Shown here piece after piece: positions 13,201-24,985 of a DNA stretch of 62,000 nucleotides; position 1 is the first letter of the stretch; each line of letters opens with the position of its first letter. A program made the translations under genes and the position numbers. A model generated the notes under the pieces. The model was not told the origin of the DNA. It was given only the letters and a program-made list of their open reading frames with translations, and ran no database searches. The stretch is from Malacoraja senta (Eukaryota), in contig JAXLNO010000246.1 in NCBI GenBank assembly GCA_038087875.1, positions 124,001 to 186,000 on the forward strand, in the 5' to 3' direction.

Positions 13201-16200
13201 TCTCCTCCCACGACCCGTCTCCTTCACCCTCCCCCTTCCGATCCCCGTCTCCATCGCTCCTTTTCCCACTCTCCGTCCCCATTCCTCTCCCCTGCCCCAC
13301 CCGTTCCCGCTCTCCCTCCCCTTCCCCCCTCCCCTTCACCCTCACCTTCCCCTTACCCATCCCCACACCCTCTCCTCCCCCTCCCCCTCTCCTTCACCCC
13401 CCCCTCCCGTACCCCCTCTCCATCGCTCCTTTTCCCACTCCCCGTGCCCATTCCCCTCCCCTACCCCCACGCGTTCCCGCTCCCCCTCCCCTTCCCCTTC
13501 CCCTCCCCCTCCCACTCCCATTCACCCTCCCCTCTCCCTCCGCCTCCCCTTCCTCCTCACCATCCTCCTCCGCTCCCCCTCCCCCTGCTCCACCCCCTCC
13601 CCCTCTCCGCCCCCTCCCCTCTCATTCACCTTCGCCCTCCCGGATCCCCTCTCCATCGCCCTCCTCATCCCCTTACCCCTCCCGCTCTCCCCTCCCCTTT
13701 TCCACCGCCTTCCCCCTCCGCCACTTCCACACCCTCCCCTTACCCCTGCACCTCCCCCTGCCCTCCCGGACCCCTCTCCTTCGCCCTCCCCATCCCGAAC
13801 CCCCTCCATCGCCTTCTCCCGCACCTTGCCGCCCCCCTTCCCACTCCTCCTACTCCTCCCCCTCCCCATCCCCTCCCCCTGCCCTACCCTTCAACTCCAG
13901 CCCTCTCTCCTTCCCCCTCCTCCTCACCTTCCCCTCCGCCTCCCGCTACGGCTTCCCTTCCCCATCCCCTCCCCCGCCCCCTCACCTTCAGCCTCCTCTT
14001 CCCCTCCCCTGTTCCCCCTCCAATACCCCCTTCCCCTCTTGCACCCCTTCCCCCTCACTCCCCCAACCCCATCCCCCTCATTCTATCCCTCCCCATCCCC
14101 CTACCCCTCCCCTTCCCCCCGCCTCCACTTCAACCCCTCCCCTTCACCCTCCCCTCCACCTCCCACTCCTCTTCACCCTCCCCATGCCCCTCCCCTTCAC
14201 CCACCCCTCCCCTTCACTCTCCCCTACCCACCCCTTCTTTTTCATCCTCCCCACCCACTGAACCTCCCCCTCCCCCTCCACTTCCACCATCCCCCTCGCC
14301 TCCCCCTCGCCTCCCCTACCACCTTCCCCTTCCGTTCACGCTCCCACTCCCCTTTCCCCTCCCCCATCCCTTCCCCTTCCCCCACCCCCTCCCCTTCCCC
14401 CTCCCCTTCATCCTCCCCTTCCCCCTCGCCTTCCACTCACCCTCTCCCTCCACAGCTCCCTCCCCTACCACTTTCCTCTCACTTTCACACTCACCTCCCC
14501 CCTTCCAGCATCCACCTCCCCATCCCCTTCACCCTCTCCTCCCCTCCCCTTCCCCATCCCCCACCCCTTCCCCCGCAACTACACCCTCCCCATCCCCTTC
14601 CCTCTCTCCCTCCGCGTTACCCTCCCCGGCCCTCTCCCCTTCCCCCTCAGCCGCCTCCCCACTCCCCCTCCCCTGCCACCACCCCTTCCCCCTCAGTCTC
14701 CTCCCCGCTCCCTCCCGCACCACCCCACCCCTCCCCCTCCAGTTTTATCCCACCTACTACCCGTCCAATACCCCCACACCTTCCCTCACCCCCCCCCGCC
14801 CCTCTTCCCGTCCCCTTCCCCCTCACCACCCATCCCCTTCCCCTTCCACCGCCCCTTCACACTCAAGCCCCTCCCCTTCCACTTCACTCTCCCATCCACC
14901 TCCCCCTGGCCCTCCCCTTTCCCTTCTCCTCTTCTCCCCCTCCCCTTCCCGCTTCCACGCCCCCTCACCCTCCCCTTCCTCATCCCTCTCCCCACCCTCT
15001 CCCCTTCCCCCTCCCCTCCCCTTTCGCGTACCGCATCCTATCCCTTCAACCTCCCCTTCTCCCCTTCCGCCTCCCCTTAGCCTACCACCTCCCCCTCTCC
15101 CTACCCCTCCCCTCCTCCACCCCTCTTCCCGTATCCCCTCCCACGCCCCATCCTCCTCCCCCTCCCCTTCCTCTGCCCCTTCACCCTCCCCATCCCCTTC
15201 CCCCTCTGCCACCCCGCCCCCCTCCCCTTCCCCCTCAGCCTCCTCCTCCCCTGCCCCTTCCCTCTCCCCTCCCCCCTCACAGCCCCTCCCCTCCCGTGCC
15301 ACCACCCGCACGCCCACCCGCACGCCCTCCCATTCCTCCACCCCCACCCCCTGCGTACACCCGCCCCTTCCCGCCCCTCTCCCCTCCCCTTCGCCCTCAC
15401 CTCCCAGCCCCTTCTCCTCCCCCTCCCGTTCAGCCTCCCTCCCCCTCTCCATCCACCTCCCCTACCCCCTCGCCTTTAACTCACCCTCTCCCTCCCCACC
15501 CCTTAACCATCCCCTGCCCCTCCAGCCTCCCCATCACCCTCTTATACCCCACCTACCCCTCCCCTTCCCCCTCCCCCTCCCCTTCACCCTCCCCGCCCCT
15601 CCCCCTCCCCCTCCGCTTCCCCTTCTCCTCCTCGTCCCCCTCCCCTTCCCGCTTCCCCTCACCCTCTCCCTCCGCATCTCCCTCCTCCTCCCTCTACCCT
15701 TCCCCATCCCCCTTCACTCCACCTCCCCGCCCCTTCCCTCCTCTTTCCCCTCCCCTCTCCCCAACACCCTCACCCCCCATCCCCTTCCACCCATCCCCTT
15801 AACCCTGACCCCCACCCCTTCCCTCTCCCCGGCCCCTTCCCTCTGCCCCCCCTCCTACACCTTCCCTACCCCGTCCCCTACCCCCCTTCGACCTCCCGTT
15901 CCCACACCTCATCCCCTTCATCCTCTCCTACCCCCTCGCTTTCCCATCACCCTCCCGCCCCTTACCCCTCACCTACCGCTTCACATTCCCCTTCACTCTC
16001 CCAATCCCCCCTTCCCCCTCACCTTCCCCCTCCCCTTTCCCTTCACCGTCCCCCTCCCCACTCCCCCTCCCAACTCCCCCTCCCTCTCCGCAGCACCCCC
16101 CCTCCCGTACATCTCCGCCTCCCGTACCTCATCCCCCTCCCCTTCCTGCACCCCAAATTCTCCCCTTCCTCCACCGTCCCCTTCCTCCACCCCCTCCCCT

Positions 16201-19200
16201 TTCCCCGCACCTCCCCCCTCCCCTACCCCGTCTCCCTCCCGTCCCCCTCCCCCTCACACCCTCCCCTTCTCCCTCCACTTTCCTCTCCCTTTCCCCCTCA
16301 CCCACATCACCTCAACCTCCCGTTTCACCCCGTCTCCTCTTCCACCCCCTCCCCTCCCCCCTCACCACCATCCCCTCACCCCCTAAACTACAACCTCACC
16401 CCTCCACTCACCTCCCTCCTATGGTTCACCCACCACGACGCCCTCCCTTCCCCTTCCCACTCCCCGCCCCCTACCCCCCCTCCGCCCACCCGTTCCCGCT
16501 CCAGCTCCCCTTCCCCCACGCCCTCCCCTTCACCCTTCCCTTTACTCCTCCTTCCCCTCCCATTTCCCCCTCACCCAAATCGCACCCCTTCACCCTCCCC
16601 TCCCCTTCCCCCTCCCCTCCCCTCCCCCCACCCGTTCCCGTTCCCCCGCCCCTACCCCCATCCCCTCCCCTTCCCCATCATCCCCCCATCCATTCCCCCT
16701 CCCCTCCCCTTCACTCTCCCCTTCCCGTCACACTTCTTCTCCACCCTCCCCCTCCCCTTCACCCTCCCCTTCCCCTCAGCCTTCTCCTCCCCTTCCCCCT
16801 CAATCCGACCATCCCCACCCCCTCCTCCCCTTCGCTCTCCCCTTCGCCCTCACTACCACTCCCCCCCCTCCCCCTCCACCTCCTCCTCCGCTTATCCCTC
16901 ACCCCCATCAGCTCCCCTCCGCGCCCCCTCCCGACCCCTCTCCGCTTCTCCCTCCCCCTCACCTTTCCCCACCCTTTCCCGCTCCCCCTCCCCTTCTCCT
17001 CCCCATCCCCTTTCCCTCACCCTCACCCTCCTCTCCCTCTCCGCATCTCCTCCCCCTCCCGTACCCCCCCCCTCCCCTTCCTGCATCCTCTCCGCCTCCC
17101 CTACCCCCTTCCCCTCCTCTTCCCTTGCAACTACCCCCTTCCGTCTCTCCCTCCCCGACCCCCTCCCCTTCCCCATCACCCCCCTCTCCTACCCTCTCAT
17201 CCTCTGCTCCCTCCCGTGCCCCCCACCCCTACCCCTCCCATGCCCCACCTCTTATCCCAACCCTCCCCCGCCCCTCTCCCTCTTCCCTACTCCCCCATCC
17301 CCATCCCCTTCCCCCACCTCCTTCTCCTCTCCCTACCCCTAACCAACCCCGTACCCCACCCACCCCCTCCCCACCCCCTCCCAGCCCCTCTCCCCCTTAC
17401 CTTCGCCCACCCGTTCCCGGTCCCGGTCCCCTTCCCCCACTCACCCCCCTTTCCCCTCCCCCTCCCCTTCCGCCTCAGCGCCACTTCACCCTACCCACCC
17501 CCTCCGCAACTCCCTCCCCTTCCCCCTCCACCTCCCATTCTCTCGCCCGTTTCCGCGCCCACTCCCCCTCCTCCTCCCACTCCACTTTCCCCTCCCCTTC
17601 TCCTTTCCCTTCCCTCTCTCACTCCACCTTCCCTTCCCCCTCTTCCTGCCGCACCCCTACTCCCACCCCCGCCGCTTCCCGCTACCCCTTCCTTTCCCGC
17701 TCCCCCTTCCCTTCCCCTTCACCCACCTCTTTCCTCCTACCCTTCCCCCTCAGCTTCCCCTCACCCTCTCCCTCCTCTTGCCACTCCCCTTCTCCTCCCC
17801 TTCCCCTTCAGCCTCCCTCCCCCACCCTCCCTCGCCCTCTCCGCACCTCCTTCCCTCCAGTTTACCCTCCTCCTCCCATTCCACCTACCCATTCCGTTCC
17901 CGCTCACCTTCCGCTCACGCTCTTCCTCGACTTCCTTCTCCCCTTACCCCTCACCCCCATCCCCCTCACCCCCATCACCTTCCCCCTCCCCTTCCCCTTC
18001 TCCCTCCCCCTCACCTACCCCCACACGTCCCGCGCCTCCTCCCCTACCCCCTCCCGCTCACCCTCTCCCCTCCCCCTCCCACCCCCTCCATCCCCACCCC
18101 CTCCCCTTACCCCTCCCCTTCCCCCTCCCCCCTCCCCCCTCTTCCTACCTCCCCCTCCATCCCCTCCCACTCCCTTCCCCTCCCCTGCCCCCTCCTCCTC
18201 CCCTCTGCCCCTCCAACCCCCTCCCTCCCGCACCCCTCCCTTCCCTCTCCGTTACTCCTCCCCCTGCCCCACCCCACCCCTTCCCACCCGCCTCCCCTCC
18301 CCGTCCCCCTCCCCGTCACATTCCCGCTCCCCTTCCCCCTCACCTCCAAAACCCCCCTTCCCATCCCTGCCCCCTCCCCATCCCCTCACCACCCCTCCCC
18401 TACCCGCTTTCCCCACTCCCCCTCTCCTTCCACTCTCCAATCCCCTCACCCTCCCCCTCCACCTCCCCCTCTCCTTACACACCCCCTCGCCTCCACATCC
18501 CCTTACCCTACCCCTCCTCCCTTGCCCCCTCACCTCCCCCCTCCGCCCACCCGTTCCCGCTCCCCTTCTTGCCCCTCGCACTCCCCTTCCCCCGCCCATC
18601 CCCCTCCCCTTCACCCTCCCCTTCCCCGTCCACTCCCCGTCCCCCTTCCCGTCCCCCTTCCCTTTCACCCTCCCCTTCCCCTCCCCTACCCCTTCCCCTT
18701 CCACCTCCCCTTCCCCCTCCCCTTCCCGCTCCCCCTCCCCATGCACCGCCCCCTCAACCCCCCATGTTCTCCCCCTTCCCCTCTCCTTCCCCCTGCCCCT
18801 CCCCTTCACCCTCCCCTCCACCCTTCCCCTCACCTTCACCCTCCCCTTCCCCTCACTCTTCCGCTCCCCTTCCCCCTCACCCCCCATCCCCTCCCCTTAG
18901 CTCTACCCTTCCCCTCCTCCCACCCCCTTCCCCTCCCCCTCCCGTTCCCCTTCCCCTCCCGATCCCCCTCCCCCTCCCGATCCCCCTCCCCAGCCCACCC
19001 CTTCCTCATCCCCTTCCCCCCTCACCTCCCACCCCCATCCACTTCGACCTCCCCCTCCCCTTCTCCCACCGTGCCCACTCCCCCATCCCCTTTCCCCTCC
19101 TCTCCTCCTCCCCTCCCACCTCCTCTTCAGCCTCCCACCTCCCCTTCCCCTCTCCCCCACCACCCTCCCCTTCCCCTCACCCTGCCCCTCCATTCCCTCC

Positions 19201-19373
19201 CCCTCCCCCTCCCCCTCCGCACCCCTCCCCTCCCCCTCCCCTCCCCCTCACCTCCCACTCACCTACCCCCACCCGTTCCCGCTCCCCTTCTGCTTTCTGC
19301 TACCCCTCCCACTCCCCTTCCACCTCCCCTTCACCCCGTTTCCCCTTCCCGTTCCCCTTCCCCCTTCAGCCTC
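1240..19373 (+). repeat. Imperfect direct duplication: copy 1 about 1240-10643, copy 2 10844 to about 19373
   Basis: Distinctive landmarks recur in the same order: ctgacgctcctattgactgtcgcc (~1906/11521), cacttccgaataccccc (~2621/12244), cccactagacacgcccc (~2911/12590), aaactacaacctcacc (~7271/16385), atccacttcgacctccc (~10303/19037). Confidence 0.92.
10644..10843. other. Assembly gap (200 N)
   Basis: Exactly 200 consecutive N, consistent with a fixed-size scaffolding gap. Confidence 0.99.
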
Positions 19374-21089
19374 TCCTTCCCCTCACCCTTCCCCTCCACC
19401 CCCCTCCGCCACCCCTCCCCTTCCTCACCCGCTCTCACCCCCGTCCTTTCCACCTACCTCCCCCTCCCCTCCCCTTCCCACCCCTCCACTTCCCTCCCAC
19501 CCCTCCAAATTCCCTCACTCCCCCTCCGCTTCCCCCTCCCCTCCCCCTTCCCCCTCCCCGCCCCCTTCCCCCTCCCCCACCCCCTCCCCCCGCACGCTCC
19601 CCTTCTCTCCCCCTCCCCAATCTCATCCCTTACTCCTCCCCATCCCAACCCACCCCTTCCCCTTCCCCCTCCCCTCCCCCTTCCCCCCCGCCCCTTCCCC
19701 TCTCCAACCCCTTCACACACCCCCTTCCCCAACCCCCTCCCCTTCATCCACCCATCCCCCTCCCCTTCATCCTTCCCCCCTCCCCTTCCCCCTCCACTTC
19801 CCGTCCCCTTCCCCTTCACCCTCCCCTTCCCCCCGTTTCTGCTCTTCCTACCCTTCCCCTTCCCCTGCCAAACCCCCTTTCCCTCCCCTTCCCCCTCCCC
19901 ATCCCCACCCCTCCCCCTCCCCTTCGCCCTCCCCTTCGCCCTCCCCTTCCTCCTCCCTTTCCCCTCACCCTTCCCCTCACCTTCCCCTCACACCCCCCCA
20001 TCCCCACCCCCCTCCTCCATCCCCCTCCCCTTCACTCTCCCCTTCCCCCTCACCACCCCAGCCCCTCCCCCTCCCGTTTCCCCTCCCCATCTCCACTTCC
20101 TCCTCCGTTACACCTCACCCCCATCCCCTTCACCCTCCCCGCCCCCTCCCCCTCACCTTCCCCCACCCGTTCCCGCTCCCCTCCCCTTTCCCCTTCCCCC
20201 TCCCCTTCCACCTCCCCTTCAACCCCCGTCCCCTTCCCCTTCCCCTACCGTTGCCCCTACCCCCTTCAACTCCTCCTCTCCCTCCCCTCCCCCTCCCGCT
20301 CACCCCCATCCTTTCCCCCTCCCCCCTCCCCCTCCCCTTCACCTCCCAATCCCCTTCCCCGCCTCCTCGCTTTCCCCCTCCCCCTCCCCACTCCGCCCAC
20401 CCGTTCCCGCTCCCCCCCTTCCCCCTCGCCCTCCTGTTCACCCTCCCCTCCCACTCCTCTTCCCCCTCCACTTCACCTCCCCCTCACCCTTCGCCTTCAC
20501 CCTTCCCACCCCTCCCCTTCATCTACCCCCTCCCCTACCCCCTCCCGTTCCCGCTCCCCCTTCCCATCCCATCCCCCTCATCCCCCAATCCCCTCCACCC
20601 TCCCCTTCCCCTTCAGCCTCCCCACCCCTTCACTCTCCCCTCCACCATCCCCCTCCCCATCACCCTCCCCTTCCCCTCACCCTTCCCCTCCCCTTCCCCC
20701 TCACCCCTCCATCCCCTCCCCTTCGCTATCCCCCTCACCCCCCTCCCCCTCCCGTCCCCCCCAATTCTCCACCACCACCATCCCCTCTCCCCGCCCCTTC
20801 CACCTCCCCCGCCCCCTCCCCTCTCCCACCGTTCCCGCTCCCCCACCCCTGTCCCCTCCCCTCCCGGTTATTAGGTTGTCACTTCTTTGCTTCGACTTCT
20901 CGACCTTCGGCGCCACGTACGGGTACTGTCAGAAGAGGCAGCGGGCAGTGCAGGACTCTCTGTGCCTCTCTCCCTCTCCTACAAGCACTGCCTTCTGCAT
21001 ACTATTGGGTTGACGGCTCCTCGGGGGAATATTGCAGCAGCAGTCGGGACAGGGAGACCAATTCTGGCTCTGTTGGGCAGCAGGGGAGG

Positions 21090-21530
21090 TGCGGGAGTGT
21101 GAGGATAGAGAGGGGGTGTTGGGAGTGAGGGGGACGAGTGTGGAGATAGAGAGGGGGAGTGGTGAGAGAGTGTGGGTTTAGTGTGGGGATAGATAGGGGT
21201 AGTGGGGATAGAGGGCGATTAGTGTGGGGATAGAGAAGTAGTGTGTTGAGAAAGGTTTGGAGCGTCTGGAGAGGGGGTGGGGGTAAGAGAGGGAGCACGG
21301 AGAGAGAGGGCAGGAGAAGTGTGGGGAGAGAGGGTGAGGACTGGGGAGAGAGAGGGGTGGGGAGAGAGTTGGGAAAAAATGAAGGGAGAGAGGGGAGGAG
21401 TGTGGGTAGAGGGGGGACGTGTGCGGAGAGAGGGGAAGTGTGAAGCGAGGGGGAGGTGTGGGGAGAAAGAGGATGAGGTTTGAGGGAGAGGGGAGGGGGA
21501 GCGATAGAGACAGAGGTGGAGGGAAGAGTG
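21090..21530. repeat. G/A-rich low-complexity block
   Basis: Purine-rich gggagaga-type sequence, opposite strand bias to 1-20870. Confidence 0.9.
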
Positions 21531-22080
21531 GTCATAAAGTCATCAGAGACAGGAGTAGTATTAGGCCATTCAGCCCATCAAGTCTAATCCGCCACTCAAT
21601 CATTGCTGATCTATCTCTCCCTCCTAACCCCATTCTCCTGCCTTCTTCCCATAACCCCTGACATCCATACTAATCAATAATCTATCTACCTCTGACGTAC
21701 AACTGCCACTGACTTGGCCTCCACAGCCTTCTGTGGCAAAGAATTCCACAGATTCACCTCCCTCTGACTGAAGAAATTCCTCCTCCTCTCCTTCCAACAT
21801 GAAAATCCTTTAATTCTGAGGCTACGCCCTCTAGTCGTTGACTCAACCACTAGTGGGAACATCTGTTCCACATCCACTCTATCAAAGCCTTTCACTATTC
21901 TGTACGTTTCAATGAGGTCCCGCCTCATTCTTCTAAACTCCAGCGAGTACAGGCCCAGTGCCGACAAACGCTCATCGTAGGTTAACCTACTCATTCCTGG
22001 GATCATTCTTGTAAACTTCCTCTGGACCCTCTCCAGAGCCAGCATATCCTTCCTCAGATATGGTGCCCAAAATTGCTCAA
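21530..22080 (-). mobile_element. CR1 LINE 3' fragment
   Basis: Translates as QFWAPYLRKDMLALERVQRKFTRMIPG...LGLYSLEFRRMRRDLIETY...RRNFFSQREVNLWNSLP, followed by the CR1 3' UTR. Confidence 0.93.
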
Positions 22081-22179
22081 ATGTTGATGGGGACTCTGCT
22101 GTTTCTGCGGCCATGGGCGAGACTACAGTACGATGTGTTGCCTATCTGGTGCCAGATCTGAGCGGACACAGGACATTGG

Positions 22180-23108
22180 GTACTTTCCATAATGGCAGGC
22201 AGTGACTAGCGGAGTGCCACAAAGCTCAGTGCTGGGACCGCAGTTATTGACAATAGATATTAACAATGTAGTCAAAGGAATTAAATGTAACATCTCCGTT
22301 TGTATATGACACAAAGCTGGGTGGCAGGGTGTGCTGCGAGGAGGATGCTATGAAGCTGCAGGTTGACGGATAGGTTGGGTGAGTGGGCAGATGCATGGAA
22401 GATTCAGTATAATGTGGATAAATGTGAGGTTATCCACTTTGGTGGCAAGAACAAGAAGGCAGATGCAGCAGGCAGTGAAGAAAGCTAATGGCATGTTGGC
22501 CTTCATAGCAAGAGGATTTCAGTATAGGAGCAAGGAGCTCCAACTGCAGTTGTACAGGGCACTGGTGAGACCACACCGGGAGTATTGTGTGCAGTTTTGG
22601 TTTCCCTAATTTGAGGAAGGACATTATTGCTATAGAGGTAATGCAGCGTAGGTTCACCAGCTTAATTCCCGGGATGGTGCGACTGACATATGATAAAAGA
22701 TTTGATCGACTGGGCTTATATTCACTGGCATTTAGAAGGATTAGAGGGGGTCTTATAGATACATATAAAATTATTAAGGGATTGGATAGTCTGGATGCAG
22801 GAAAAATGTTCCCGATGTTGGAGGAGTCCAGACCCAAAGGTCACAGTTTAAGAATAAGGGGTCGGCCATTTAAGACTGAGATGAGGAAAACCTTCTCCAC
22901 CCAAAGAGCTGTGAATTCAATTCAATTCACCAGATGTTTTCAAGAGAGTGTTAGTTATTGCTCTTAGGGCTAACGGAATCAAGGGAGATGGGAAGAAAGC
23001 AAGACCGGGGTACAGATTTTGGATGATCAGCCATGATCATATTGAATGGCGGTGCTGGCTCAAGGTCCGAATGGCCTTGTCCTGCACCTATATTCTGTGT
23101 TTCTTTGT
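22180..23108 (+). mobile_element. CR1 LINE ORF2 (RT C-terminal part) plus 3' UTR, degenerate
   Basis: VTSGVPQ.SVLGP.LL, QQAVKKANGMLAFIARG, LYRALVRPH.EYCVQFW, RFTSLIPG motifs, with frameshifts. Confidence 0.93.
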
Positions 23109-23711
23109 TGCTATTCTGAAAGGGGGAGGTGAGCAGCCAGAGCCCATAGTCCATATTACTAGCAATGACACAGGCAGAGAGGGAGATGAGGCAGGGAGTG
23201 AGACAGGTGGTTAAAAAGTAACTCCAGTCTTATAATCTCACTCTGTGTAAGAAGGAACTGCAGATGCTGGTTTAAGCCGAAGGTAGACACAAAATGCTGG
23301 AGTACCTCAGCGGGACAAGCCCCTTCTTCAGACTGAGAGTCAGGGGAGAGGGAGACACGGAGATAAGGGATCGCACTACCTGTGCCCCGTGTTCAAGAGA
23401 CAAGAAAGAGGAAGACAGTGCAGATCAGTAGGTGACTCAGGAGCTGGTGCAGGGGGTGGGGGCTTCAGACATAGAGTCATACAGCATGGAAACAGGCCCT
23501 CTGGTCCAACTTGTCCATGCCCATGCCCCATACACTCGTACTACCAGCCTGTGTTTGACCCCTATCCCTGTAAACATGAATTACTCATGAATGTTCAATG
23601 TTCCCATAGACTGCATCTTTGGAACTGATGTGTTACAATGCTGAGAGATACATTCTGCAATCTGTATCTTGCACTTTACTCCACATATTGTCCTTGAGAT
23701 TGACTTGATTA

Positions 23712-24315
23712 TAATAAGGTCATAATAATAGGAGTAGAATTAGGCCTTTCGGCCCAGCAAGTCTTTCTTCTGCCATCTCCCCATATCCTCTGACATCTGT
23801 GCTAATCAAGAATCTATCTATCTCTGCCTTAAGTATATCCACTGACGGCCTCCACAGCCTTCTGTAGCAAAACAAATCACAGATTCACCACCCTCTGACT
23901 AAATAAATTTATTCTCAACACATTCCTAAATGAACGTCCTTTAATTCTGAGGCTATGACATCTAGTCCTAAACACTTCCACTAGTGGAAACATCCTGTCC
24001 CCATCCACTCTATCCAAGCCGTTCATTATTCTCTACGTTTCAATGTGGTCCCCACTTATTCATATAAACTCCAGCGAGTACAGGCCCAGTGCCGATAAAC
24101 ACTGATCATAGGTTAACCTACTCATTCCTGGGATCATTCTTGTAAACCTCATCTGAACCCTATCCAGAGCCAGCACATCCTTCCTCAGATATGGTGCCCA
24201 AAATTGCTCACAATATTCCAAATGTGGCCTGAGCAGAGCCTTATAGACCCTTAACGTTACATCCCTGTTTCTGTATACAAGCCCTCTTGAAAAAAAGCTA
24301 GCATTGAGTTTGCTT
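23712..24315 (-). mobile_element. CR1 LINE 3' fragment nested in a Rex/Babar-type tail
   Basis: Same sequence family as 21530-22080; the host tail resumes at about 24316. Confidence 0.85.
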
Positions 24316-24529
24316 GTATAGACTTATCTGATTATATAGCATGCAAAGCAAAGCTTGACACTGTACCTCGGTACATAGGCAGAGCATTCAATAGGAAAGG
24401 TGCATTCATTCTGACCTGATTCTGTAGGTTTCCCAAAAGCCAGCTGAGGAACAGCAGAGGAACTGTGACAAGTCTCAGGTGATGCTTTGCTATGTCATGA
24501 GCTCAGTAAATGATGGAGTCTAAATGATA

Positions 24530-24985
24530 AACTCTTTTACATCGGCGAGACTAAACGTTGACTGGGCGATCGTTTTGCTGAACACCTTCGCTCAATCTGC
24601 CTGGACCTACCTGCTCTCACGGTTGCTAAACAATTTAATTCTCCTTCAAATTCCCACACAGACCTTTCTGTCCAAGGTCTCCTCCATTGTCAGAGTGAGG
24701 TTAAACACAAATTTGAGGAACCCAGTGGTATGAACATTGATTTCTCTAACTTCAAGTGACCCTTGATTTCCCTCTCTCTCTATCCCTCCCCCACCCAAGT
24801 TGCACCAGCTTCACCCAACATGTAGCTAACAATGGCCAGTTTCCTGAATCATCGTTACTTTTGACATCACTTTAATTCACTGTTCTTTATCTCTCTAAAA
24901 CATCGTCTATATCCATCTCTTTTCTTATCCCAACCAGTCTGAAGAAGGGTCCAGACCCGAAATGTCACCCATTCCTTCTCTCCCA
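24530..24985 (+). mobile_element. Penelope-like element 3' end (GIY-YIG remnant plus terminal region)
   Basis: ctcttttacatcggcgagactaaacg encodes LFYIGETKR; ends in the ctgaagaagggtc..gacccgaaa terminal motif. Confidence 0.85.
24936..24970 (+). ncRNA. Minimal type I hammerhead ribozyme motif (best-preserved copy in the window)
   Basis: CUGAAGA-A-GGGUC(CA)GACCC-GAAA-UG-UC gives the conserved core, a stem II and a UH site at 24966. The context is a Penelope end, where minimal hammerheads are known. Confidence 0.7.

Larger units (their letters stand above)
1..20870. repeat. C/T-rich low-complexity polypyrimidine tract (G/A-rich on minus strand) with internal sub-repeats
   Basis: Almost entirely C and T, with runs of 3-6 C and the recurring motif ccgttcccgctccccctcccc. 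Ordinary composition resumes abruptly at about 20870. Confidence 0.97.
20925..23470 (+). mobile_element. Decayed CR1 ORF1 (SGNH esterase) relic, split into pieces by later insertions
   Basis: Collinear pieces at ~20925-21090, ~22080-22178 (GDS...FCGHGRD...CCL.GAR), ~23110-23230 (ILKGGGEQPEPIVHITSND) and ~23370-23470 (LPVPR...RSWCRG.GF) match the CR1 ORF1 esterase motifs. Confidence 0.65.

Noticed and set aside
171..21128. Very long Pro/Ser/Leu-rich ORFs (up to 1530 aa) and Gly/Arg/Glu-rich antisense ORFs, resembling extensin, mucin or formin
   Set aside because: Several overlapping frames are open at once because C/T-only DNA lacks stop codons; the frames are not conserved between the two duplicate copies, and some run through Ns.
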